Positions 12,512-25,299 of a stretch of 64,000 nucleotides of DNA are shown piece by piece (within the stretch, counting starts at the first letter, position 1; each line of letters opens with the position of its first letter). The notes under the pieces are model-generated. The model was given only the letters and a program-made list of their open reading frames with translations. It made no database searches and was not told the origin of the DNA. The translations under genes were made by a program, and so were the position numbers. The DNA is taken from positions 22,276,378 to 22,340,377 of the forward strand of contig NC_068983.1 in NCBI RefSeq assembly GCF_001194135.2, in the 5' to 3' direction. The stretch comes from Octopus bimaculoides (lineage: Eukaryota).

Positions 12512-12730
12512 CCCTTTAGCATTCAGATTTCTCTGTCAAACAGAATACATATTTATTCACATTGTTTTGAATTATCCATACATTATCTTGCAGCTTTGAA
12601 ATTTCAATTTGGGATTGTTTATTTTTCGCAAGACATTATAGGGTAGGTGTAAGAAACTGTATTTAGCAAGTTTAAACCTAAAATAAATACAACATTTTGG
12701 TTGAACATGGCTCATTTAAATACTAAAGGG
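12512..12730. mobile_element. piggyBac-type MITE with intact TTAA target duplication
   Basis: TTAA(12508-11) CCCTTTAGCATT ... AATACTAAAGGG TTAA(12731-34). CCC/GGG ends with TTAA are the piggyBac hallmark. Confidence 0.85.
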
Positions 12731-13465
12731 TTAAAATTTCACAGATGCAAACAAAACAATCTGACTCGCTTTGTTCTTTTGCACGTGTGCTAAAAATATG
12801 CAAGGTCAAGTCAAAAAGAATATGCAAGGTCAAGTCAAAAAGAATAATAATTGCCTTATTTGTAATGGAATCAGAGATTTTTCCATATTATCAAAAATGT
12901 GACCAACCCATCTTTTTTATACTATCAAATTTTAAAAATTAGTCTTCAAATTTTCCAATCATGACCTTCTCCCACTAACACCACCATTAGTAAGAATAAA
13001 AGCACTTTCCTATACACATATACATGAATGGGAGAGCACACAAATCAGTTAATCCTTGAGCATTTACCAGTTTCATTATGTTCAAACTGGTTAGATCTGG
13101 CCTATCATACTGACCCTTCAATGTCATTCTATAAACAATCACATCATTGACATTTTAAAACTACAAGGTAAAACATGGTTAATTCAAAACAAAGTGTGAA
13201 TAAACAGGCATAACATTTGACAGAGTACTCTAAATGCTAAAGGGCTGATTTGAAATTAATATGTAGAGAACTGAGTTACTGAGAATCAGTGCTGTGTTCG
13301 TTGGTTTAAAAGTTTTGATTTGTAACTATATTTCTATTAACATACAGGGAAGAAAAAAAAATCATATTGGAACAGAAATACCTGAATTATCTCCCTTTAG
13401 GTCTGTCCACTTCGCCTGTCATACACGTACCAGACAAAATTAATACTGGACTTAATATAATCAAT

Positions 13466-13595
13466 GGGCATCCAGCTATAGAAACTCTGCCAAATCAGAT
13501 TGGAGCCTGGTGTAGCCATCTGGTTCACCAGTCCTTAGTCAAATCGTCCAACCCATGCTAGCATGGAAAGCGGACGTTAAACGATGATGATGATG
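13466..13595 (+). mobile_element. Short RTE-type 3' end
   Basis: GGGCATCCAGCTATAGAAACTCTGCC...GCGGACGTTAAACGATGATG. Confidence 0.85.
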
Positions 13596-14769
13596 AAAGA
13601 AAATGAAAAAAAAACTTGAAGCTGGTACTCCAGCATGGCCATATACTAATGACAGAGACCATTAAGAAACAATCTACACAAACTCTTTACCTCATATACA
13701 CACCAAGTGTGTAAGGAGTAATGTAAAATAGATTCTTGCAATAGGTAGGAACAGAACAGATAATTATGAGAGAGGAGGTATTACACATGAATAAATTGAT
13801 TTTCAGGATAAGGTCTGGACTTTGCGTTTTTCAACTGTGGATAGCTGACCCTGGCATGAAGGGTGTATTGTATAATGAAATAGAACTAAGCTTAAAAGAA
13901 CTTATAGTTACTACTAACCAAATATGAGTAATCTAAGAATCCGACTGACTCACAGGATATATGCCCTTCCATCACACCATGTTATCACACACATACACAC
14001 ACACACATCATTAAGAATAGGAGGCACTAACAGAAAAATGGAAATTAAAACTAATTTTCCCAGATCTGAACTTTGACACCTTATTGATTAGGTCAGGCCA
14101 AATTTCCAAGAATTTACATAACTAAACACTGAGATGAGAGTTAAGACTTTATATTGAAGTATAGAAATTTGAAACCAGTGCCATTTGCCACGCCTTGATT
14201 AATCATTGGATACAGTGCTGCCTTAACACGAAATGAAATGGTGCAACATGGAAGGATATGATGATGATGATGATGATGCAGAGTGGAATGGAGATGAACA
14301 TGCAGGTTTTAGCCGACAAGTGCACCAATGGTAACAAAATATGCAGTTGATGCAAGTATTGTGTATATACAGAATTTGCTTTCTTAGCATGCCATCTCAA
14401 GCTCTATCTCATTGTGTGACACCTCAGGCAAATGTAGTCACTAGGTGACCAATGTCTGGAGGTTAGTAATAGTAGATATAAACTATATTGAAGTGTNNNN
14501 NNNNNNNNNNNNNNNNNNNNNNNNNNNNNNNNNNNGGGGGGTTACATTGTTTCTTGCATGATCAGCATTGAGCAAAACTTGGTCACATTTGTTGATGTTC
14601 CTTTTTTTAAGAGCTCCATGCTTCCAAAGATGAATGGATTATAAAATAAAGAATACATTTGACTGTGAAACAAGTAAGAGCTAGCAACAGGAAGGGTATC
14701 TGGCTGCAAAACAATACTTCAATACATATTTGTTCCGCCCATGCTAGCATGGGAAAATGAACATAAATC

Positions 14770-14970
14770 AAACAAGCCTTTATATGGTCACTCAACTTGC
14801 TAAAGGTATCAGCCAAATTTCCTTTGGACCACACCTCTCCTCTCATATTAAACAAAGAAAGACCCATTGGATCAAGGTAATACTCTATGAATGAAATAAA
14901 AAGCAGTGGGTATGGCTGGAATGTCTCTGACCAAAGGTCTGCTTAATCAAGACTAACCTGGGGCTAGCAA
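14770..14970 (+). mobile_element. Unclassified interspersed repeat family ending ...GATCATAGGTCTGCTTGATC...ACCTGGGGCTAAAC(AAC)n, probably a retroposon 3' end
   Basis: Related copies at about 22330-22452, 33766-33912, 38200-38370, 43285-43447, 45975-46165, 58645-58805 and 61255-61442, and reversed at about 6925-7110, 44827-45003 and 62330-62530. Confidence 0.6.
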
Positions 14971-15621
14971 AAAAAAGAAAAAAATGCAACAGACACTGTT
15001 TGATTGAAATCATTGAAGCTGCAGAAAACTAGCTCTTCTCAGCAAGAATAAATAAATGAACAAATACATAATGTGAACTCTTTGAAACATGTTGAAATAG
15101 TTTAATGATTAAAGATATTGGGATAATGACAAATACACCGTGGCATCTGTGGTTGTGTTTGAGTAGATGTCTTAGCTGCCTTTTATTATAATTCCATTCA
15201 CATCTAGGATGCTTTATAGCAATATTATGTTGACCACAGTACTTGACTTGATACTTGATTTTTATCGATCTCCAGAAGGATGAAAGACAAAGTTGACTCT
15301 GACATTACTTAAACACAGAACATAAAAAGCAGAAACTAAATACTACAAAACTCTAATGCTCTGGCTGTTCAGACAATCCACTGCCATCATGAGTAATATA
15401 AGAGGTTAGCTGTCCAGTTTTAATTATGAGGATGCATGACAGAAGAAGTTGAGGTCTCATAATGTGGAATTGGTACAATCTGAGGCAGCAAAGAAAGCTA
15501 GCAAAGAAGTGTGCAAGTATTTACATATCAAACAGCTAGAAATAACCAATTCTTCCTCAAATCACACCCTAATCACTAAACATAAAGGAGGAACACTGTT
15601 TTTTTTTTTAATTATAACAGG

Positions 15622-16187
15622 GGCAGGTTGTGTTGCTGTGTTGTAAGAAGTTTGCTTCCTAACCACAAGGTACCACTGCATGGTACCTTGAGCAAATGTC
15701 TTCTACTATAGCCCCAAGCAACCAAAGCCTTGAGTAAATTTGGTAGGCAGAAACTGAAAGAAGCCAGTCATATATACATATATATATAGGGAGAATTCAT
15801 GAAAAAACAACAGACGAAGACAGGTGGTGTAAACAACAAATGGATGTATTAGTATAACGCTTGGGAATAGAGAAAGTCTTTAACGTTTCGAGCCTACGCT
15901 CTTCAACAGAAAGTAACACAGAAAGAAACAAGGAGAGAAACAAGGAGAGAAAAAAAATATATGTAGTGGTCATGCCTTTGTGTCTGTGTTTGTCCCCCAC
16001 CACTGTTGGAAAACTGCTGTTGGTGTGTTTACATCCCCATAATTTGGTGGTTTAGCAAAAGGGACTGAGAGAATAAGTACCAAGTTTTTAAAAGAATAAA
16101 ATAAAACGTCCTTAGGTTGATTCATTTGACTAAAAATTCTTCAAGGTGGTATCCCAACATGGCTGCAGTCTAATGAGTGAAACAAGA
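15622..16187 (+). mobile_element. SINE family B, full length, with a 170-bp insertion in its internal (TA)n tract
   Basis: Head 15622-15775, (TA)n, foreign insert, then the B 3' half GTGTCTGTGTTTGTCCCCCACC...CAACATGGCTGCAGTCTAATGAGTGAAAC. Confidence 0.8.
15789..15958 (-). mobile_element. Short TA-flanked insert, putative Penelope-like terminal-repeat relic with hammerhead-like motif
   Basis: Minus strand CTTT-CTGTTGA-A-GAGC gtag GCTC-GAAA-CGT-T-AAAG (15913-15878). Sits between TA runs. The Penelope assignment is inference from the motif. Confidence 0.5.
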
Positions 16188-16334
16188 TTTTTTTTTTTTT
16201 TTTTTTTTTTTTAAGCAGATGGATTGATGGAGCAGAAATTGGAGATTTGTTCTGTAACCAAAAGTTTATTTACTATGTCTTCCTTGTAGATCCAGAGATA
16301 AAAGATTACGCAGTATTTGAGATGTATATATGAG

Positions 16335-16818
16335 CAGAGGTTCTGAACTGGGGTCAAGATGATCCCTGGGTTTAATATAAGATTTTGTTGTTAAAATTTA
16401 TCTGCAATAAATTGCTTATACTTCTACAATGCACAAAATATTTGAATTTTTTTTGTATAATTCCTAATTATTAATTAATTATAAAAATATAATAATAAGA
16501 TCTGTAAACTTTTAGCATGCAGATTACTCTCTCAAATGTAATGTTTTTTTTTTTTTTAGTCATATTGTTTTGAATTAATCATACATTATATTGTAGCTCA
16601 AAGGTGTCAATGATGTGATTGTTTATCTTTAAAAGGACATTGTCAGATAAATGTGACAGGCCAGATTTGGCCAGTTTCAAGATAAAACAGGTAGAATATT
16701 AGAGTCAGATACGGCCAGTTTAAATGCTAAAGGGTCAAACACTGAATGGCTATGAGAGACCACCCAAGTAGAATAGGGATCAAAGGAGTCCACAAAAAAA
16801 AATGGTTGAGAACCACTG
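16335..16818. mobile_element. hAT (Charlie-like) MITE with nested piggyBac-type MITE
   Basis: TIRs CAGAGGTTCTGAAC and GTTGAGAACCACTG. 8-bp TSD TATATGAG / TATTTGAG (7 of 8 match). Confidence 0.7.
16509..16734. mobile_element. piggyBac-type MITE nested in hAT MITE
   Basis: Homologous to 12512-12730. Ends CTTTTAGCATG and AATGCTAAAGGG. Confidence 0.7.
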
Positions 16819-16959
16819 TATTTGAGCTTTGAAGTTTCCAAAATCTCAAAAGACAGGTTGACAGCCAAGAAGATTCCACGTGTGGTAAATCCAGGATCTG
16901 TGGAATTGAGCATCAGGAATAAATAATCCAAATTGAATGCAAAAGTACTTTCAAAAAAC

Positions 16960-17334
16960 GAGGTAGGGGTCCACCAAGGTTCCGTCCTCAGCCCCCTCTT
17001 ATTTATCATAGTCCTCCAGGCAATCACAGAGGAGTTCAAGACAGGTTGCCCCTGGGAGCTCCTCTATGCTGATGACCTTGCCCTAATTGCGGAGTCACTA
17101 TCAGAACTAGAGGAGAAGTTTCAGGTGTGGAAGCAAGGTCTAGAATTGAAGGGCCTTAGAGTCAACCTAGCTAAAACCAAAATCCTAATAAGTAGGAAGG
17201 TAGATAAAACACAAACCCCTTCAGGTAGATGGCCCTGCTCAGTATGTAGAAAAGGAGTAGGTAGTAACTCTATAAGATGTACCCGGTGCAAGCTATGGAC
17301 ACATAAGAGGTGCAGCAACATCAAAGGCAGGTTA
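16960..17334 (+). pseudogene. LINE ORF2 fragment: reverse transcriptase core C-terminal part plus PHD-like Cys/His finger
   Basis: EVGVHQGSVLSPLLF...LLYADDL (YADD at 17065-17076)...GLRVNLAKTK, then CSVC-x10-CTRC-x4-HKRC. No stops or frameshifts in the visible part. Confidence 0.9.
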
Positions 17335-18414
17335 NNNNNNNNNNNNNNNNNNNNNNNNNNNNNNNNNNNNNNNNNNNNNNNNNNNNNNNNNNNNNNNNNN
17401 NNNNNNNNNNNNNNNNNNNNNNNNNNNNNNNNNNNNNNNNNNNNNNNNNNNNNNNNNNNNNNNNNNNNNNNNNNNNNNNNNNNNNNNNNNNNNNNNNNNN
17501 NNNNNNNNNNNNNNNNNNNNNNNNNNNNNNNNNNNNNNNNNNNNNNNNNNNNNNNNNNNNNNNNNNNNNNNNNNNNNNNNNNNNNNNNNNNNNNNNNNNN
17601 NNNNNNNNNNNNNNNNNNNNNNNNNNNNNNNNNNNNNNNNNNNNNNNNNNNNNNNNNNNNNNNNNNNNNNNNNNNNNNNNNNNNNNNNNNNNNNNNNNNN
17701 NNNNNNNNNNNNNNNNNNNNNNNNNNNNNNNNNNNNNNNNNNNNNNNNNNNNNNNNNNNNNNNNNNNNNNNNNNNNNNNNNNNNNNNNNNNNNNNNNNNN
17801 NNNNNNNNNNNNNNNNNNNNNNNNNNNNNNNNNNNNNNNNNNNNNNNNNNNNNNNNNNNNNNNNNNNNNNNNNNNNNNNNNNNNNNNNNNNNNNNNNNNN
17901 NNNNNNNNNNNNNNNNNNNNNNNNNNNNNNNNNNNNNNNNNNNNNNNNNNNNNNNNNNNNNNNNNNNNNNNNNNNNNNNNNNNNNNNNNNNNNNNNNNNN
18001 NNNNNNNNNNNNNNNNNNNNNNNNNNNNNNNNNNNNNNNNNNNNNNNNNNNNNNNNNNNNNNNNNNNNNNNNNNNNNNNNNNNNNNNNNNNNNNNNNNNN
18101 NNNNNNNNNNNNNNNNNNGGCTCCCGTAGGATTTTCGAGCGAGATCGTTGCCAGTGCCCCTGGACTGGCTTGTGCGGGTGGCACATAAAAGACACCATTT
18201 CGAGCGTGGCCGTTTTCGTGCGGGTGACACGTAAAAGCACCCACTACACTCTCTGAGTGGTTGGCGTTAGGAAGGGCATCCAGCTGTAGAAACTCTGCCA
18301 AATTAGACTGGAGCCTGGTGTTGCCATCCGGTTTCACCAGTCCTCAGTCAAATCGTCCAACCCATGCTAGCATGGAAAGCGGACGTTAAACGATGATGAT
18401 GATGATGATGATGA
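16960..18414 (+). mobile_element. 5'-truncated RTE-type LINE (RT fragment, N gap, 3' UTR, (GAT)n tail)
   Basis: RT motifs left of the gap and RTE 3' UTR plus tail right of the gap (18119-18414). Continuity across the N gap (17335-18118) is assumed. Confidence 0.75.
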
Positions 18415-20368
18415 TGGTTCTGGGTTCAGTCCCACTGCATGGCACCTAAGGCAAGTGTCTTCTGCTATAGCCTCAGTCCAAACAAAGCCTTGGGAGTGCA
18501 TTTGGTAGACAGAAACTGAAAGAAGCCTGTTGTGTGTAATGTATGTATATGTGTGTGTCTCCTTGTTTTGACAATATGTGATAGTTAAATGGTTGTTTTG
18601 TCATACCATTTTCTTCATTTCCAATATTCTGCAAGAATCCATTTGGTTACAGGGAAATATTGTCTTACTTGGAAACAGGTATGGGTTGGCAACCAGAAGG
18701 GCATCCAGCCACAAAACAAATAGGCCTCAATAAGCTGTCTGACCCATACAAGCAGACAAAAAAAAGATGCTAAAATGACAATGGGTGGCATCATGTATTT
18801 GCCCTATTAAATTCATGGAAATATCTAAACTTTATATCAACAGAACAAACCTTCTTTGTAACAAAATACAAAGTGAGAATATCAAATCAAAAAAGATAAT
18901 GAATTTAAATATGAACAATATATAAATAAAAATAAAATAAATGTACAGTCTTTGGAGTTGTGTTTAAATTTTTTTCCAGGAAATAAAAAAAGAAAACAAC
19001 ACTAGAAAAGGAGAAGATTAACATAAACTAATTACTTCTTAAAATAGGATTAAACCAATTATTTCAGCAACATTTTTTTTTTTTTCCTTCTTCAGAGGTT
19101 AAAAAAATCAGATTCAAGAAAAGTTTTATAAAGTAAATGAATATGATTAAACCATTAATAACTATGAAAACAATTTCTCTTCGCTTTATCGAAAGCCGTC
19201 AGCAAAATTGAAAGCGGAAACAGTAGGAGAAAATTAGCTTAGTATCTTTACGCAATGCTACCAGTAGAAGTTATCAATTCCTTTGCAATAATCTGCCAAA
19301 TTTNNNNNNNNNNNNNNNNNNNNNNNNNNNNNNNNNNNNNNNNNNNNNNNNNNNNNNNNNNNNNNNNNNNNNNNNNNNNNNNNNNNNNNNNNNNNNNNNN
19401 NNNNNNNNNNNNNNNNNNNNNNNNNNNNNNNNNNNNNNNNNNNNNNNNNNNNNNNNNNNNNNNNNNNNNNNNNNNNNNNNNNNNNNNNNNNNNNNNNNNN
19501 NNNNNNNNNNNNNNNNNNNNNNNNNNNNNNNNNNNNNNNNNNNNNNNNNNNNNNNNNNNNNNNNNNNNNNNNNNNNNNNNNNNNNNNNNNNNNNNNNNNN
19601 NNNNNNNNNNNNNNNNNNNNNNNNNNNNNNNNNNNNNNNNNNNNNNNNNNNNNNNNNNNNNNNNNNNNNNNNNNNNNNNNNNNNNNNNNNNNNNNNNNNN
19701 NNNNNNNNNNNNNNNNNNNNNNNNNNNNNNNNNNNNNNNNNNNNNNNNNNNNNNNNNNNNNNNNNNNNNNNNNNNNNNNNNNNNNNNNNNNNNNNNNNNN
19801 NNNNNNNNNNNNNNNNNNNNNNNNNNNNNNNNNNNNNNNNNNNNNNNNNNNNNNNNNNNNNNNNNNNNNNNNATATATATATATATATAGGTTATGAGCA
19901 GTAGTGGTGTCAATAAGACCCAGAGGTGTCAGGTAATGCTGAGTAAGTGTTATGGATAGACCATAGTTAAGCTCCAGGTTCGGTGATTATGCGAATAAGG
20001 GGTCCAACGTAGGTCATATATCAGCGTGTGCATAAAGATTTAGTTTTCGTAATGAGATAAAAAGGTGATGGAGTGTTGGTGGAGGTGGTGGTGATAAAGG
20101 TAGTGGCGGTGGTAGAGGCGACAAGGATATAAACAAACATTGGTTGTGAAACAGTGGCAAGATGCACACACATGCATACATACAAGTGCATGTTCACATA
20201 CAATGTGCATAACTGGCTTCCACACAGTTACTGCCCAGCAAATTCACTCATAAAGCATCAGTTGGTTCAAGGCTATAGAAGAAAACCTTCATCGAAGACG
20301 CCACACATTGAGACTAAACCCAAAACCATGTAGTTGTAAAATGAACATCTTAAACCACACAGCCATGG

Positions 20369-20430
<62 letters not shown>

Positions 20431-21230
20431 AAGAGAGAGAGAGAGAGAGAAAGACATAGCTACACATACTCACACACAAAATGTTACTGACTACAGAGTA
20501 ATAAGTTTGTGTTGCCAAGATCAAACACTATCAAACTGTAGACACATAATGCTTGAGTTTTCATTAAATCAAGCATGATAATGAACATCATTTTCAATAA
20601 GCATCTATTTATTATTGGAAAGAAAAAGAGTATAACAAAAAAAAAGAAAAAGATAAAACAAAAAACAAAAAGAAAAACCAAATGATGATGTTACAAGATT
20701 GAGGGAGATGAGTGAGGTGGTAGTAGCCAATTGGGATGTGAGAATTGGTTGGAGGTGGTTGGAGAATGCAGAGAGGTGGGGATGGTGGTTTCCGAAATCA
20801 GCAGTTGATGGGTGCGACAGGAGCGATGGGAGATGATGGGAGGAGAGATGGTAGGGGAGGAGGTTATGTAGTACATTTGCTGAGAATTAGAATATGGTTG
20901 GCAACTAGTAATATCAAGAAATAGGACAGTCAATGTAGAAAAAAAAATTAAAACTATTTTTGAATAGTGATGACAATGAGAATGAAGGAGATGATAATGA
21001 AAATGGCAGGGGGCGGGTGGGGTATAAGTAATGACGGTAGCAGTGAAGGTGAGGACATAGATGTAGTAGTGATACTGTAATACTAGAGATGGTGTTAAAT
21101 GTAGTATCAGCATGAAGTGGAGTGGAGGAAATGGTGGTGGTGGTGGTGATGGTGGTGGTGGTGATGGTGGTGGTGGTGGTGGTGGTGGTTATAGCAACTG
21201 GGATAGTGTTGGTGATGCTATTAATAATCT

Positions 21231-21279
<49 letters not shown>

Positions 21280-22526
21280 AGTGTGTTGGTTATAACAGTG
21301 GTGGTGCTGTTGATGCTGTAAATAGTGATAGTAGCAGTAGTAGTAATAGTAGTAAGGGCGGTGGCGCTAGTAGTAGTCACAGTAGTTATGATGGTGATGG
21401 CAAGGACAACCAAATCCAGTGGAGATTAAGTAGCTGATTAAAAAACAAATAAAAAAATCTATAAATCAAGATTAGGTAACTCTAGGCCACTACATTAGTA
21501 AGGAAGAAGGAAAGAAGGAAGGGAAGGTGAGGGGAGGGTTGGTAATATCAAGCACCATCAATCACCATTATCCTTACCATAAACACAGTCATCACTACCA
21601 CCACCAAACAATTACCATCACCAACACAACTATTCATAACCACTACCACAACTATAATAATAGTACCACCAATATTAATGAGCCAATGAGGAGTCTAATC
21701 ATTCGCCTGATTTAGCAAGTAATAACAGTGTGAATTTCACACTGACATCTTAAAAATGAAGGACACATTGGACAATAGAGTCAAAGGTATATATAAAAAA
21801 AAAGGAACGAGGTAAAACGAGACGAACAGATTGGATAATAAAGTTCTCATTGTGAAACTGCCTTAGAGATACATGGAGTTAGTATGGTTAGATTACTTTT
21901 GAACATAGTTCAGCTTGATGACGGCTGATGTGGTGACAACCCACAACAAACACTGCCTCTGTCATTAATACAATTAAAACTAAAACCTTTCCAGGTTACT
22001 GGTTTTTCTGAACCAGGTGGACACTTCTGAACTAAATGAATATCAAATCTATTTAAATTATTAAATGAAATACATGTGTTTGTACATTAGTGTAAATGAT
22101 TCTAGTTCATTAATATTGCACTGTGCAAGGTACTTTGAAACAGAGCTACCTGGTAAACTAGTCTAACAGCCATGAGAGTTTGAAGTTCCTGCTCATAAAT
22201 TGCTGTAGATTATAAGAGGTTCCAGACAGTCAGTTGGTAAGTACCTACACCACTAGCAAAAACTGATGCAACACTAAGTTTTACAGAAGATGGCTGGACT
22301 TGTGTAACATAACAACAACTTATAATCACAAAACAAATAGGCATTACCATAAGAAGTACATATCCCTAAAGAGACAAGATGGCCACAGCTGAAGTGTCTT
22401 TTGATCACAGGTCTGCTTAACTGAGTCAGGGCTAACCAGGGGTTAAACAACACCTACTACATCACATTAGTGAAATGGCTAATATCACCTTCACAAGACA
22501 CTAGTATTACCATCATCATTTATATA

Positions 22527-22984
22527 CCGTAAATCCTCGAGTATAGTCTGCCCTTGAGTATAATACGCAGGGGATTTTTAGGGGGCTGTACCTCTGAAAA
22601 ACCTAAACCTTGTGTATAATATGCACCCCTTCTCTAACTTGAGTCAAGGATGTCTATATAACATCCTTGATTTGTAAACATATATATGGTAACGTACTTT
22701 ATTATTATTGTATATATAACATAATGCAAGTGCGTAGCTTTTTTTGTGCCCTTTGCAGAAAATAAAGAAATAACAGCGAAAAATGGCCTTTACATATTTA
22801 TCACTATCAGTTACAAGCTCGACATCACAAAATGTGTCTGAATAAACATTTCTGGACAGCAAATAGAGACTCAGACATTGCTTAGAAAATATTTTTTCAT
22901 TTTTAACCTCGTACATAGTACACACTAGGGATTTTGACCTTTAAATTTTTGGGGAAAATGCAGATTATACTCAAGGATTTATGG
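22527..22984. mobile_element. Tc1/mariner-superfamily (pogo/Tigger-like) MITE
   Basis: TA-CCGTAAATCCTCGAGTATAGTC ... GATTATACTCAAGGATTTATGG-TA. Subterminal repeats CCTTGAGTATAATACGCA / CCTTGTGTATAATATGCA. Confidence 0.85.
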
Positions 22985-23259
22985 TAGTTACCCCATCACT
23001 ACTATGACAGTCACAGTACCACCCATAGCACTAGTGTAGTTAGTAATCACAACACTTAATACATCTATCTCACAAACTAATACAGCAACCATAACGCTAT
23101 TATAGCCATCATCATTACTACACTATTGGTATAGTTAAAAAACAGCACCACAACCAATACAGTAAATGGTCAGCACCACCATCAACTACACTAATATAAC
23201 CATCTTATATATTAATATAGGACCAATGCAGTTAACACTGCCATCATCCCTATTAATAC

Positions 23260-23610
23260 TGATTACAATATTTACCTGTTTATTTGTTTCAGCCATAGGG
23301 CTGCAGCCATGCTGGAGTACCATCTTAAAGGGATTTAGTCAAATGATCAACCCCAGTACTTTCTTTAAAGCCAGGTACTTGTTCCCGCAGTTTTTTCTTT
23401 TTTTTTTTTCTGAACTGCGAATTAATGGAGACATAAACACATATACACAACAGGCTTCTTTCAGTTTCTACTCATCAAATCCATTCACAAGGCCGTGGTC
23501 ATTCTAGGGCTGTAGTAGAAGACACAAATTCAAGATGCCACTCTGTGAGAATGAACCTGGAACCATGTGGTTGGGAAGCAAACTTCTCACCACACAGCCA
23601 TGTCTGTACT
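23260..23610 (-). mobile_element. SINE family B, near full length
   Basis: TTTGTTTCAGCCATAGGGCTGCAGCCATGCTGGAGTACC ... GGAACCATGTGGTTGGGAAGCAAACTTCTCACCACACAGCCATG. Confidence 0.8.
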
Positions 23611-25299
23611 TATAAAAAAAAGACCTATTTATTCACATGCTAGGAATTGAACCCACACTGCCTGGAATCCTAACCATTAACATTCTTCAACCATTACATT
23701 CTTCAGCATAATCCAACTATTTCTCTCTCTCTCATACACACACACACACACAAGCACATGTTACACACATCCTATACACATGCTCAAGTCTAGAAATATT
23801 TTTTTTTAAATAAAGTTTTAAAAAAATAGTCAAAAAATAGCAAAAACTGTCAATATTTAAGAAAATTGAGAAAATGTCACAACATATAGCAAGAAAAAAA
23901 TATTCTAAATATATCTCTTTTGAAAAATAAAACAAAACGAATTTCTTCAGAAAAAAGTATAATTTGTGATAATCCATCGTTTAATTTTTTATTTTTAAAA
24001 TTTACTTTGAAGGATTATTCAATGTAAGTAAGGTGGGGGGAGGGGAGGGAGAAAGAAAAAGGTAATTAATTTAGGTTTTTCTTCATTGAGAGAGAGAAAA
24101 ATACTTCATTTTACACATCCAGATAGAGTTAATAAGTACCTTTAATTATCTATGAAATCTTGCCTGTAATTATTATATACAATGATGAGAGGAAGAAAAC
24201 CACTGCCGCCACCACCACCACAACATCATCATCATTACAACTACAAGAGGTAAATCCAATTTACTCCAATACTACGTTCTATGGTAATGTCACCACCACC
24301 ACCATCATTTATTTCCACAAATCAATTTTATCATCATAATCTGGCATTGATATCATCATCATCATTCATTATAACCACCACTACTACCACCACCACCTTC
24401 ATCATCATCATCATCATCATCATCACATCCAGTTCTAGTATCAATATCACCCACATCATCTCCCACCATCACCACACCCACAAGCTCTTTTTCTTTTTTT
24501 CTAAGAATTTCTCTCAGAAATAAATAATCGAAGATATTAAAATGCCATGGTTACTGCTGACAACAAGAGACAAATGTTGCTTGAATATTTCTTATCTGTT
24601 AGAAATAGAATCTTGCAAAAATGATTTTAAAAAAAGAAAGAAAGAAAATAACAGAAAAAGTGAGACATANNNNNNNNNNNNNNNNNNNNNNNNNNNNNNN
24701 NNNNNNNNNNNNNNNNNNNNNNNNNNNNNNNNNNNNNNNNNNNNNNNNNNNNNNNNNNNNNNNNNNNNNNNNNNNNNNNNNNNNNNNNNNNNNNNNNNNN
24801 NNNNNNNNNNNNNNNNNNNNNNNNNNNNNNNNNNNNNNNNNNNNNNNNNNNNNNNNNNNNNNNNNNNNNNNNNNNNNNNNNNNNNNNNNNNNNNNNNNNN
24901 NNNNNNNNNNNNNNNNNNNNNNNNNNNNNNNNNNNNNNNNNNNNNNNNNNNNNNNNNNNNNNNNNNNNNNNNNNNNNNNNNNNNNNNNNNNNNNNNNNNN
25001 NNNNNNNNNNNNNNNNNNNNNNNNNNNNNNNNNNNNNNNNNNNNNNNNNNNNNNNNNNNNNNNNNNNNNNNNNNNNNNNNNNNNNNNNNNNNNNNNNNNN
25101 NNNNNNNNNNNNNNNNNNNNNNNNNNNNNNNNNNNNNNNNNNNNNNNNNNNNNNNNNNNNNNNNNNNNNNNNNNNNNNNNNNNNNNNNNNNNNNNNNNNN
25201 NNNNNNNNNNNNNNNNNNNNNNNNNNNNNNNNNNNNNNNNNNNNNNNNNNNNNNNNNNNNNNNNNNNNNNNATATATATATATATAAAATATATGCACA

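Noticed and set aside
17121-18337. Long ORFs spanning N gaps (also 19248-19913, 24542-25324, 39027-40099, 43773-44478, 49489-50267, 53793-54639, 63415-63994)
   Set aside because: Their length comes from untranslatable N runs. Only the RT frame starting near 16960 has real protein similarity.
19179-19202. Minus-strand CTGACG-GCTTT-CGAT-AAAGC-GAAG, superficially hammerhead-like
   Set aside because: It lacks A9, has GAAG instead of GAAA, and I found no stem III or stem I pairing.
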